NCBI GenBank assembly: GCA_030613665.1
Contig: JAUWLN010000001.1
Location: 1 to 31,825 of the forward strand
Reading direction: 5' to 3'
DNA from: Dehalococcoidia bacterium
GTDB lineage: Bacteria > Chloroflexota > Dehalococcoidia > Dehalococcoidales > RBG-16-60-22
DNA: 31,825 nt
In this document: one piece after another, positions 16,557 to 25,047 of the stretch
Layout of the letters: the number at the start of each line of letters is the position of its first letter
Numbering within the stretch: position 1 is the first letter of the stretch
Position numbers and translations under genes: made by a program
Notes under the pieces: generated by a model
Databases searched by the model: none
The model's input: the letters and a program-made list of their open reading frames with translations, nothing else
Told to the model about the DNA's origin: nothing

Positions 16557-17705
16557 ATGTCTGAGACCGTACAAAACCGATATCACTGGGTGATGCTTTG
16601 TTTAGCGTTTGGCATTGCCTTTCTAATGCCCCTGCTGAACTTTGGTACCGCCCCGATGGTTACCGCCATCATGGCAGAAATGAGCCTGTCACATGCTGAA
16701 TTCGGGCTCATTTTTTCAGTGGCCGTGTTTAGCCTCATGCTTTTCCGTGTGCCCTGGGGCCTGCTCGGCAACCGGATTGGCTACCGGAAAGCATTCCGGA
16801 TTGCCCTGCCGTTCGTAGCCGTTTTTGCCGTAATCAGGGCACTGGCACCGGACTACGCGACCTTTCTGATCAGCCAGTTTCTCCTCGGGGTAGCACTGGC
16901 CGCGGTGATGCCGTGCCTGCCGCTTCTTGTGAAGGAATGGGCTCCGCAGCGGCCTGGATTTGCCACCGGGATGTATATCTCTGGCTTTGCCGCCGGCAAT
17001 GCCACCGCCTTCGGCCTTACGCCTTATTTGCTGGAGATGCTTAACTGGCGTCATGTTTTGCTCACCTATAGTGGCCTGGTTATCATCATTACACTCCTTT
17101 GGTGGGCACTCGCCAGAAGCACCGCCGTAGCAACGTGCAGTTTTCAGCTAAGAAGCTTCATTGGGCTATTCAGAGAGAGGTGTGTCTGGGTACTGCTGAT
17201 ATTCATGATGGCCGGTGTAGGAAGCTATGATACTCTGGCCACCTGGCTGCCGAAAATACTTGTCGCTAAAGGGCTGCCCCTGAATCTGGCAACGCTGCTC
17301 CCCCTGGGATACTTGCTGGCGGCGCCTACAATCGGTTTTGTCCTGGACCGGTTCCGGAACACCAGAGCGGTTGTGGCGTTGCTGGGAATCATCGCTGCCA
17401 CGGCCATTGTTGGCATCAATTACGCCCCGTATTCTCTCCTCCTGCTCTGTATTTTTGTTACTGGATTTACCACGATGGGCGTACTTACTATTATTCTATC
17501 CGTGCCGACGCACCACCAGCGGCTGGCGCCGTTCGCGGCCAGCGTGGTCGGTCTTGTCTCTTCATTGGGGAACCTGGTCTCTCTGGTAATGCCGGCCATC
17601 TTCGGCTATCTGATTGACGTTACCGGGACGTTTCAGGCTTCGCTGTTCACCATCGCGGCCCTGGCCGGTATCATGCTTCTCGTTGGCTCCCGTATGAGCG
17701 AGTGA
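16557..17705 (+). CDS. Major facilitator superfamily transporter (CynX-like)
   Basis: About 12 hydrophobic segments, MFS loop motifs GLLGNRIGYRK and GFVLDRFRNTR. Confidence 0.88.
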   Translation: MSETVQNRYHWVMLCLAFGIAFLMPLLNFGTAPMVTAIMAEMSLSHAEFGLIFSVAVFSLMLFRVPWGLLGNRIGYRKAFRIALPFVAVFAVIRALAPDYATFLISQFLLGVALAAVMPCLPLLVKEWAPQRPGFATGMYISGFAAGNATAFGLTPYLLEMLNWRHVLLTYSGLVIIITLLWWALARSTAVATCSFQLRSFIGLFRERCVWVLLIFMMAGVGSYDTLATWLPKILVAKGLPLNLATLLPLGYLLAAPTIGFVLDRFRNTRAVVALLGIIAATAIVGINYAPYSLLLLCIFVTGFTTMGVLTIILSVPTHHQRLAPFAASVVGLVSSLGNLVSLVMPAIFGYLIDVTGTFQASLFTIAALAGIMLLVGSRMSE

Positions 17706-17728
17706 AGCCAACCTATCGGTTCTGGCTA

Positions 17729-17769
17729 TTGACCCCGTCGCCCCACCATGTTATAGTACAATTGTTCTA
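17729..17769 (+). promoter_or_regulatory. sigma70 promoter with an overlapping LexA-type (SOS) box
   Basis: TTGACC (17729-17734), 17 bp, TG-n-TATAGT (17752-17757). TAGTAC-AATT-GTTCTA (17754-17769) is one mismatch from a perfect AGAAC-N4-GTTCT palindrome. Confidence 0.75.
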
Positions 17770-17780
17770 TTAAGAAGGCG

Positions 17781-18977
17781 GTGTGGGAGATGGAGGTTGA
17801 AGATAAACTAAAGATATTGTCAGCGGCGGCGAAGTACGACATCTGCGGCTACAGCGGCGTGCGTGATTTCGTGTCCTCGCCGCGGCGTTTCATCCACCGC
17901 GCCGCGCTGCCCGGTGGCGGCTCAATCTGCCTGTTCAAGGTGCTGCTGACCAACGTCTGTATGAACGATTGTGCCTACTGTGTCAATCGTGTAACCAGGG
18001 ACTTTCCCCGCCGCGCCTTCCAGCCCGAGGAGCTGGCCCGAGCTTTCATGCAGCTTTATGAGCGGAGAATGGTAAGAGGGCTCTTTCTCAGCTCTGGAGT
18101 GGCGGATAACCCCACCCGCACCATGGAAGCCATGGTCAAGACGGTGGAAATCCTGCGTTACCGCTACGGTTTCAAGGATTACATTCACCTCAAAATACTG
18201 CCCGGGGCCTCGTTCGATTGTGTTGCCGAGGGCTGCAAGCTGGCCGACCGGGTCTCCGTGAATATGGAGGCTCCCACCGTCCAGCACCTGGCCAGGCTGA
18301 GCAAGCGAAAGGACCTCTACCAGAATATAGTGGAGCCTATGCGCTGGGTCAAAAAGCTGAAGGCGGCGGACGAAAGGCTGGCACCGTCCGGACAGACGAC
18401 GCAGTTTGTCGTTGGGGCGGCGGAGGAAAGCGACCTGGACCTGCTGCGCACGACCTCGGCTCTCTACCGTGAAGTGGAGTTGAGGAGGGTTTATTTCAGT
18501 CCTTTCCGGCCGGTCAGCGACTCACCGCTTGAGGGTAGACCGCCGGCCAATCCGCTGCGCGCCCACCGGCTATACCAGTCAGACTGGCTGCTCAGAATAT
18601 ACGGCTTCCCGTTAAAAGAGGTCGAGCTGGCGCTCGGGAAAAAGGGAGAGCTCTCGTTGCAGAAAGACCCCAAGCTGGTTATTGCCGAAAATCAGCCCTG
18701 GCTGTTCCCGGTGGATGTCAACCGGGCGAGCTATGAGGAGCTGCTGCGTGTGCCCGGAATTGGCCCCGTATCGGCACAGCGAATAGCCGAAGCAAGGCGG
18801 GAACACCGCATTGATTCCATGTTGTCGTTAAGAAAGATGCGGGTGGTGACATCTAGGGCTGCCCCTTATATCTGGTTTCAGGGCATGCTGGAATGGGAAA
18901 AGCAGGTCTCATTCATTCCTCATCTGGATGAACCGGAGGAGCCTGACCTCACGCTGGCTCAGGTTCTGAGTCCATAG
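17781..18977 (+). CDS. Putative DNA modification/repair radical SAM protein with C-terminal HhH (TIGR03916-like)
   Basis: KL.IL..AAKYD, KVLLTN.CMNDCAYC (CxxxCxxC), GLFLSSG, GQTTQFVVGA, REHRLYQ-like RAHRLYQSDWLLR.YGF, VDVNRASYEELLRVPGIGP. Start may be ATG 17790. Confidence 0.88.
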   Translation: MWEMEVEDKLKILSAAAKYDICGYSGVRDFVSSPRRFIHRAALPGGGSICLFKVLLTNVCMNDCAYCVNRVTRDFPRRAFQPEELARAFMQLYERRMVRGLFLSSGVADNPTRTMEAMVKTVEILRYRYGFKDYIHLKILPGASFDCVAEGCKLADRVSVNMEAPTVQHLARLSKRKDLYQNIVEPMRWVKKLKAADERLAPSGQTTQFVVGAAEESDLDLLRTTSALYREVELRRVYFSPFRPVSDSPLEGRPPANPLRAHRLYQSDWLLRIYGFPLKEVELALGKKGELSLQKDPKLVIAENQPWLFPVDVNRASYEELLRVPGIGPVSAQRIAEARREHRIDSMLSLRKMRVVTSRAAPYIWFQGMLEWEKQVSFIPHLDEPEEPDLTLAQVLSP

Positions 18978-19068
18978 CCTTTACAAGTTGTAAAAGACCC
19001 CGTTCCCGCCCGGGCTTTTTGGTGGACTTCGGTAAGAGCAAAGAGAACGGCAGCATCGGCTCAAAAGA

Positions 19069-19077
19069 TGGTACAAT
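19069..19077 (+). promoter_or_regulatory. Extended -10 promoter element upstream of the SIS gene
   Basis: TG-G-TACAAT, about 46 nt upstream of ATG 19124. Confidence 0.45.
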
Positions 19078-19123
19078 TATTTGGGAGTATGTCAGCGCTT
19101 ATATAAATAATCTGGAGGCAGAG

Positions 19124-19687
19124 ATGTCGATAATAAGTGATTACATAGATGGTCTGGGCGATTGTCTAAAAGCACTGCCAGAAGAGTCAATTACTGATAT
19201 AGCAGATATCATCTATAAAGCTTATCGGGAGAACAAACAGGTAATAATTATGGGTAATGGAGGCAGCGCGTCGACGGCCTCTCATTTTGCTCGTGACCTC
19301 AGGATAGGTTCAGCCGCGAAGGGGAAACCACGGGTCCGTGCTACGAGCATAACCGATAATATGGCGATGATTACATCGCTGGCCAATGACACTGGTTACG
19401 ATTCCATATTCAAAGAGCAACTGGTAAGCCATCTGGACGAAGGTGATGTGGTCATCGGGATAAGTGCTTCGGGCAATTCACCGAATGTGCTTGAGGCAAT
19501 GAAATATGCCCGCGATAGCGGGGCAATAACTATAGCTCTGACCGGTTTTGACGGGGGAAAACTGAAAGGGCTGGTTGATAAGGCAATCATAGTCGCCAGC
19601 CGGGATTACGGGCAGGTTGAAGACGTTCACCTGAGCCTGGACCATATGATTACCTGCTCGGTTAAGGCGATGATAGCCAGGGATTAA
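19124..19687 (+). CDS. SIS-domain sugar-phosphate isomerase, GmhA (phosphoheptose isomerase)-like
   Basis: GNGGSASTASHF, TSLANDTGYDSIF..QL, GISASGNSPNV, LTGFDGG, QVEDVHL..DH. Start moved to ATG 19124 (GGAGG RBS). Confidence 0.85.
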   Translation: MSIISDYIDGLGDCLKALPEESITDIADIIYKAYRENKQVIIMGNGGSASTASHFARDLRIGSAAKGKPRVRATSITDNMAMITSLANDTGYDSIFKEQLVSHLDEGDVVIGISASGNSPNVLEAMKYARDSGAITIALTGFDGGKLKGLVDKAIIVASRDYGQVEDVHLSLDHMITCSVKAMIARD

Positions 19688-19778
19688 AATATTTCCTTAC
19701 TCTCTCCTGAGACGATATTGTTTCCGGGACAGGTTAAATAGCACATAATAATTTGTAAATTGAAAGGCAGGGTGAACA

Positions 19779-20897
19779 ATGGCTAAACACAGAGTAGCGG
19801 TTATCGCCGGGGATGGCGTTGGCCCAGAGGTTATGGCAGAAGGCATAAAAGTTCTGAGTGCAGTTCAGGCGAAAGTAAAAAACCTGAGTCTTGAATATGA
19901 GCATTTCCCCTGGGGATGTGATTATTACCTGGCAAATGGAGAGATGATGCCTCAAAACGGATTGGAGATACTGAAAGGCTTTGATGCTATCTATCTGGGC
20001 GCCATCGGAGACCCGAGGGTTCCCGACCATATTTCTGTGAGGGACCTTGTTCTTAAAATTCGCATAGGCTTTGACCAGTATGCCAATGTCAGACCAATTA
20101 AACTCCTGGAAGGCGTATTCTGCCCTTTGAAAAACAAAACACCACAGGATATAGATTTCGTAGTAATACGCGAGAATACAGAAGGTTTTTATGCCGGTTG
20201 TGGGGGCAGATACCGGAAAGGTACGCCTGAGCATGGTAAGTATGCCGGGCTGAGGCAAGTTTTTTCTGATTCAGAGGAGGTAGTTGTCCAGGAAGGTGTG
20301 CTTAGCCAGATTGGAGTAGAAAGAGTGATAACGTTTGCCTTTGACCTGGCACGTAACAGGAAGAAGCACCTCACCTGTTGCACCAAGTCTAATGCCCTCA
20401 ACTACAGCATGGTCTACTGGGACGAAGTCTTCAGAAAAATTGCCCAGAGCTATCCGGATGTGAGGACCGACTTCGCAATGGTAGATGCAACCTGCATGTG
20501 GATGGTTAAAAATCCAGAGAATTTTGACGTCATTGTGGCAGAGAATCTATTCGGAGACATAATCACCGATTTGGGAGCAGCCATTCAGGGAGGTATGGGA
20601 GTTGCTGCCGGAGCCAACCTGAACCCGCATGGCCTCTCCATGTTTGAACCGATTCACGGTTCGGCTCCTAAATACACCGGTAAGAATGTCATAAATCCAG
20701 TTGCAACTATATGGGCGGGTCTTATGATGCTCGAAGAATTGGGTGAAAAGGAAGCGGCAACGCTGGTTACAGAAGCAGTAAAAGCAATGCTCAAAGAAGG
20801 CAAGTACCGAACAAAAGACCTGGGGGGTACTTCATCAACCAGCGAGGTCGGAGACGCCGTCGCTGACGCAATTGAGAAAACAAAAACGTGCAAATGA
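19779..20897 (+). CDS. Isocitrate/isopropylmalate-family decarboxylating dehydrogenase, tartrate/D-malate dehydrogenase-like
   Basis: IAGDGVGPEV, FPWGCDYY, FDAIYLGAIGDP.VPDHIS, FDQYANVRP, RENTEG, TKSNA...YWDEVF, NLFGDIITDL, FEPIHGSAP. The PWGCDY/VPDHIS/KSN motifs point to the TtuC/DmlA branch. Confidence 0.8.
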   Translation: MAKHRVAVIAGDGVGPEVMAEGIKVLSAVQAKVKNLSLEYEHFPWGCDYYLANGEMMPQNGLEILKGFDAIYLGAIGDPRVPDHISVRDLVLKIRIGFDQYANVRPIKLLEGVFCPLKNKTPQDIDFVVIRENTEGFYAGCGGRYRKGTPEHGKYAGLRQVFSDSEEVVVQEGVLSQIGVERVITFAFDLARNRKKHLTCCTKSNALNYSMVYWDEVFRKIAQSYPDVRTDFAMVDATCMWMVKNPENFDVIVAENLFGDIITDLGAAIQGGMGVAAGANLNPHGLSMFEPIHGSAPKYTGKNVINPVATIWAGLMMLEELGEKEAATLVTEAVKAMLKEGKYRTKDLGGTSSTSEVGDAVADAIEKTKTCK

Positions 20898-20922
20898 CAA
20901 TTCTATTGCGGAGGAAACGGCT

Positions 20923-22203
20923 GTGACTACTAAGAAGAAACTTACCGCCTCACCCGGCCAAGAATTCGGGTACTCAATCGATCGATTGAGTCGTATAAAT
21001 CAGGCAATGCAAAAATATATCAATCGTGGCGATATACCGGGCAGTGTTACCCTGGTGATGCGAAAGGGCAAGCTGGTTCACAATGACGCGCTTGGTTTCA
21101 TGGATATCGCTTCAAAGAAACCCATGTCCGGGGACTGCATTTTTCGTATGTACTCAATGACCAAACCGGTCACTGCTGTTGCCATACTCATGCTATACGA
21201 GGAAGGCAGTTTGATGCTCGATGACCCGGTGTCCAAATACATACCCGCCTTCGCCAATCCCGTGGTGATAGTGGTGCAGCCTCCGGAAGGCAAGGCCAGA
21301 TACTGGCCTCCAGGGCGTGTTTATACTGAGTCGGCAAGCAGAGAGATTACCATCAGAGATTTGCTCACTCACACTGCCGGACTGGCATCGCCCAGACTCA
21401 CACCCATTGCCTTTGTGAGCGCCCTTTCAGATGCTATCAAGGGGTCTTTGTTCTTTCCTCACGAAGATGGAACAGCGAGTCCCCGCATTTCAATACGGGA
21501 GACAGTAGAAAAACTGGCAAAAATACCGCTCAGTTTCCAGCCGGGAACAGGCTGGCAGTACGGGCACGAATATGACGTATTGGGTGTTCTGATTGAGACT
21601 ATCTCTGGGAAATCCCTTGAAGAATTCTTCCAGGAGAGAGTATTTGCTCCACTCAACATGGCAGAAACATCCTTCTTGCTTCCGAAAGAAAAGGTCAACC
21701 GCCTGGTTACGGCATATACCTGGGATGAATCCTGGAATCTCAGAGTTTATGACCACCCCCGAGACAGCATAAAGGTAGTGGGGCCAAAAGATGTGTTCTC
21801 CGGACTGGGAGATTATGGAGGGATTCTCTCCACGGCCTCTGACTATCTGCGATTTGCCAGGATGCTTCTGAATAGAGGTGAGCTTGATGGTGTCCGCCTG
21901 CTAAGCCCGAAGACGGTAGACCTGATGACCTCAAATCATACCGGCGGCTTATTCATTTACGCCCGAGGATATGGCTGGGGTTATGGATTTAGTCTTGGAG
22001 TGCGCACCGATCTGACTGAATCTGTCTCAATTGGCTCCGCAGGCACTTACGGTTGGGGTGGAGCCGCCTGCACGCAATTTTTTATTGACCCGAAGGAGGA
22101 ATTGGTTGCTCTTGCTCTCTCTCAGGTATTTGGTTTCGGATTCAAACCTGGTTTCCAGTTGGACCAGGAATTTGAAAAGGCTATATATGAGGCTCTACTC
22201 TAA
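20923..22203 (+). CDS. Serine hydrolase, beta-lactamase-related (class C/EstB-like) family, cytoplasmic
   Basis: FRMYSMTKPVT (SxxK), LLTHTAGL, FQPGTGWQYG, GGILSTASDY, YGWGGAA; no signal peptide. Start set at GTG 20923 (GGAGG RBS 8 nt upstream). Confidence 0.88.
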   Translation: MTTKKKLTASPGQEFGYSIDRLSRINQAMQKYINRGDIPGSVTLVMRKGKLVHNDALGFMDIASKKPMSGDCIFRMYSMTKPVTAVAILMLYEEGSLMLDDPVSKYIPAFANPVVIVVQPPEGKARYWPPGRVYTESASREITIRDLLTHTAGLASPRLTPIAFVSALSDAIKGSLFFPHEDGTASPRISIRETVEKLAKIPLSFQPGTGWQYGHEYDVLGVLIETISGKSLEEFFQERVFAPLNMAETSFLLPKEKVNRLVTAYTWDESWNLRVYDHPRDSIKVVGPKDVFSGLGDYGGILSTASDYLRFARMLLNRGELDGVRLLSPKTVDLMTSNHTGGLFIYARGYGWGYGFSLGVRTDLTESVSIGSAGTYGWGGAACTQFFIDPKEELVALALSQVFGFGFKPGFQLDQEFEKAIYEALL

Positions 22204-22328
22204 ATCAATCTCGGGCGGTCTGCTAACCTGCCCGCACAAATGATACTGGTTCTTAAGTGTTCAAACTAATCTCTTCTCATATTGGACTAAATTCTACAGA
22301 TAAAGAGGCCGCCGCCATCCTTCTATAT

Positions 22329-22589
22329 TTACCTCCTCACTGGTTTAATGATTTGATCCTTGCATTGGGGCCAGGGGATATCCATCACTGCTCCCCGCAA
22401 TACGTATAAGACGCATCTATCCAGGCTTCCCCCGGCTCTCATCTTTAACTTTTCGTACAGTTCTTCCGGGGTAGCTCTCTTCAGTTGTTCCGGCGTTTTA
22501 ATCCCGATGTCATACAATCCAGATGCAATAACAGGCCCGATATTTCGCAAAGATTGCAAACGCTTAATATCCCTATTTCGTTCGCTCAT
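22329..22589 (-). CDS. Small helix-hairpin-helix protein, Cdd1/TfoX-C-like
   Basis: LQSLRNIGPVIA..L..IGI.T.EQL....PEELYEKL...G...DRCVLYVLRGAV; GAGG RBS; extended -10 TGGTAGAAT upstream. Confidence 0.7.
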   Translation of the reverse strand: MSERNRDIKRLQSLRNIGPVIASGLYDIGIKTPEQLKRATPEELYEKLKMRAGGSLDRCVLYVLRGAVMDIPWPQCKDQIIKPVRR

Positions 22590-22920
22590 TCTTCCACCTC
22601 ATACTCCGGCACTTCACTTTCCAGGGGGAAAAGGTAAAGTTAGTCTACTCTGTTTAGCCAGATTCTACCACCCACCAAGACTATTGACCAATTCGTCAGA
22701 AAGTGAAATAAGGTAAAAAAGAAACAATTGTCAATGCGATGAGGCAATTCAGGCAGTTGCCGTAATTTTACGTAGATTTTACAGAGAGGTAAAACTGGGA
22801 TAATATTCGCCTTTTATCCTTGTTATTAGACTGTAGTGTCGGCGGGCGAGATTGATAAGTGGGCCCTAGTCAAAATTGGCTGCTGACCATGGTCAAAGAA
22901 GGAAAAAGGAGAAAAAGGAA

Positions 22921-24192
22921 ATGAAAATGAAGAAATGGCAGACTCTGGTAGTTACTGTGATGGCACTGTTGCTCGCTGTGTTAAGCCCGATGACGGCGCT
23001 GGCGCAAAGCGACGATGCGGAAGTGGAATCATCTGGCCCGAAAATTAAGGGGTCTCTGGCTATCGTCGCGCCAAGGATGAGCTTCGCTGGTCAGGAGATA
23101 TCCATGACCGTCTTCCTCAGGGCCGACCAGGAGCCTTTCCCCGGTGCCGGCATCTGGGCATTGACCCAGGACGAAGCTGACGCACTGAGAGCGGAAATTG
23201 AAGCGCTCAGGGAGGAAGGCAGCCTCGCCGCGGAGACGGACTATGAGGCAATGGTCGATGCCAGGGGCATTTTCCTGGGGCGAACCGATGGTGACGGCAA
23301 ACTTTTCCACACCTTCACGGAATCAAACGTGTATTTCCTGGTCGCCGTGAAGAAATGGTATTTCCCCGGCTTTACCAGAATAAATGTCCGTGATATGTCG
23401 AGGGCGCTGGGTATCGAAGCGCCAAGACGAGCCAAGCCGGGCGAAGAGATAACCATCACCACCTTTCAGCGCATCACCAATGACCCGGTGGAGGACGCCG
23501 GTATCTGGGCGCTTACCCGCGACAACGTGGAAACGCTGAGAGCGGAGCTGCAGGCGCTTAGAGAGGATACCAGCATCACTGCTGAAGAGAAGGACTACGA
23601 AGCAGTGGTCAGGGTCTATGGCTTCTTCCTCGGCCGTACCGACGAAGACGGTGAACTGAACTACGCCTTTGAGGAGGCCGGCGGTTACCTGCTGGTGGCA
23701 GTCAAACGGGGTTATCACCCGGGCTTTGCCCCCATCGGTGTCCGCAATATTCCGAATGCCCTCGCCCTTCAGGTGCCCTGGGTAGTTCCTCAAGGCGAGG
23801 ATGTCACCATGACCGTCTTTGACCGCATCAACCATAATCCTATGGAAGATGCCGGTGTCTGGGTACTTACCCGGGACAGGATGGAAGTGCTGAGAGAAGA
23901 GCTGCAGGCGCTTAAAGAGGACGTCAGCGTCACCGCTGACGAGAGAGACTACGAGGCATTGGTTGGTATCCATGGCGACTTCATCGGCCGGACTGATGAG
24001 AACGGCGAGCTGAACCATGCCTTTAACGAAGCCGGTGCATATCTTCTGGTAGCGGCAAAGAAGGGTTATATCCCGGGCTTTGCCCCGGTCTTCGTCAGGG
24101 GTACACCGGACCAAAGCATAGTACCGGAGGTCAATCGAGCGCCTCAGGGAGAAGAGCAGGTTACAGAAGAAGAGGAAGGTACTGAGGACTAG
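22921..24192 (+). CDS. Secreted protein with three ~118-aa tandem beta-sandwich-like repeats
   Basis: Sec signal peptide MKMKKWQTLVVTVMALLLAVLSPMTALA|Q from ATG 22921, three repeats sharing AG[IV]W.LT, DYEA, GRTD.DG.L, Y[FL]LVA.K..Y.PGF, and an acidic tail. Confidence 0.85.
   Translation: MKMKKWQTLVVTVMALLLAVLSPMTALAQSDDAEVESSGPKIKGSLAIVAPRMSFAGQEISMTVFLRADQEPFPGAGIWALTQDEADALRAEIEALREEGSLAAETDYEAMVDARGIFLGRTDGDGKLFHTFTESNVYFLVAVKKWYFPGFTRINVRDMSRALGIEAPRRAKPGEEITITTFQRITNDPVEDAGIWALTRDNVETLRAELQALREDTSITAEEKDYEAVVRVYGFFLGRTDEDGELNYAFEEAGGYLLVAVKRGYHPGFAPIGVRNIPNALALQVPWVVPQGEDVTMTVFDRINHNPMEDAGVWVLTRDRMEVLREELQALKEDVSVTADERDYEALVGIHGDFIGRTDENGELNHAFNEAGAYLLVAAKKGYIPGFAPVFVRGTPDQSIVPEVNRAPQGEEQVTEEEEGTED
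23053..24108 (+). repeat. Three intragenic tandem repeats (units start at 23053, 23404, 23758; ~351-354 bp)
   Basis: Repeated protein motifs and related DNA, e.g. GGGCGAACCGATGGTGACGGC / GGCCGTACCGACGAAGACGGT / GGCCGGACTGATGAGAACGGC, and CCCGGCTTT / CCGGGCTTT. Confidence 0.9.
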
Positions 24193-24255
24193 ACTTAGCA
24201 GCATCAATTAAAAACATAAGTGCCAGATAACAGTAAAAAAAAGTGAACGTTATGA

Positions 24256-24291
24256 GACCTGGGCCGGCTTGGAAAAGGGCTGGCCCAGGTC
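24256..24291 (+). terminator. GC-rich hairpin between the repeat protein and the response regulator
   Basis: Perfect 10-bp stem GACCTGGGCC / GGCCCAGGTC with no U-tail; may be a terminator, a stabiliser or a processing site. Confidence 0.5.
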
Positions 24292-24363
24292 AGCCATGCT
24301 CAGATACTTGATTTGAACTATGAGGTATAATATCAGGAAGACATTTCTTTTCAGGGACAGTCA

Positions 24364-25047
24364 ATGCCAAAGATTCTTGTAGTTGATGATGAGCCAAATA
24401 TTATTGAGCTGACCAAGCTCTACCTGGAACGGGAAGGGTACGAGGTTGAAGGGGTCTCCAGCGGGCAGGAAGCGCTGGCGAGGCGAAGTGCTTTCCGGCC
24501 GGACCTGATTATCCTTGACCTTATGCTGCCCGATATTGACGGATTTGAAGTTTGCCGGGAAATCAGGGCCAAAAGTGACATCCCGATTCTTATGCTCACC
24601 GCGCGGAAGGAAGATGTTGACAAGATAGTCGGGCTGGAGCTCGGTGCGGATGACTATTTCACCAAGCCTTTTAACCCCAGGGAGCTGGTGGCAAGGATAA
24701 AAGCCATACTGCGCCGCTATCAGGCCGGGCAGAAAGTGAGCGATACCATTAATATCGGCAACTTGCGCCTTGACCTGGCCTGTCACGAGGTTACCGTATC
24801 AGGGAAACCGGTGAAGCTCAGGACCAAGGAGTTTGCCCTGCTCTGCACCTTTGTCCAGAACCTGGGAGTGGTTTTCAGTCGCGATAAGCTCCTGGACCTG
24901 GTCTGGGGATATGACTACTACGGGGAAACGCGCACCGTGGATGTCCACATCAATCACCTGAGAGAGAAAATGACCGGCTCCAGTGTCAGTATTGAGACAC
25001 TCCGGGGCGCCGGATATAAAATGATAGTCAATGAGGATGATAAATGA
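24364..25047 (+). CDS. OmpR/PhoB-family response regulator
   Basis: KILVVDDE, PDLIILDLMLP (phospho-Asp), MLTAR, GADDYFTKPF, winged helix with VWGYDY.GETRTVDVHI..LREK. Confidence 0.95.
   Translation: MPKILVVDDEPNIIELTKLYLEREGYEVEGVSSGQEALARRSAFRPDLIILDLMLPDIDGFEVCREIRAKSDIPILMLTARKEDVDKIVGLELGADDYFTKPFNPRELVARIKAILRRYQAGQKVSDTINIGNLRLDLACHEVTVSGKPVKLRTKEFALLCTFVQNLGVVFSRDKLLDLVWGYDYYGETRTVDVHINHLREKMTGSSVSIETLRGAGYKMIVNEDDK

Noticed and set aside
19019-19123. N-terminal extension of the SIS protein
   Set aside because: Contains the likely promoter; ATG 19124 has a GGAGG RBS and gives the typical ~187-aa size.
19734-20258. 174-aa minus-strand ORF
   Set aside because: Antisense to the dehydrogenase, with no recognisable motifs.
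20923-22203. Calling this gene a beta-lactam resistance determinant
   Set aside because: No signal peptide; the family includes many esterases and amidases, so only the fold is supported.
23053-24108. Repeats considered as a CRISPR array or DGR template/variable repeats
   Set aside because: Units are ~350-bp in-frame protein repeats with no spacers, differences are not adenine-specific, and no reverse transcriptase or cas gene is present.
23323-24207. 294-aa minus-strand ORF
   Set aside because: Antisense shadow of the repeat protein.
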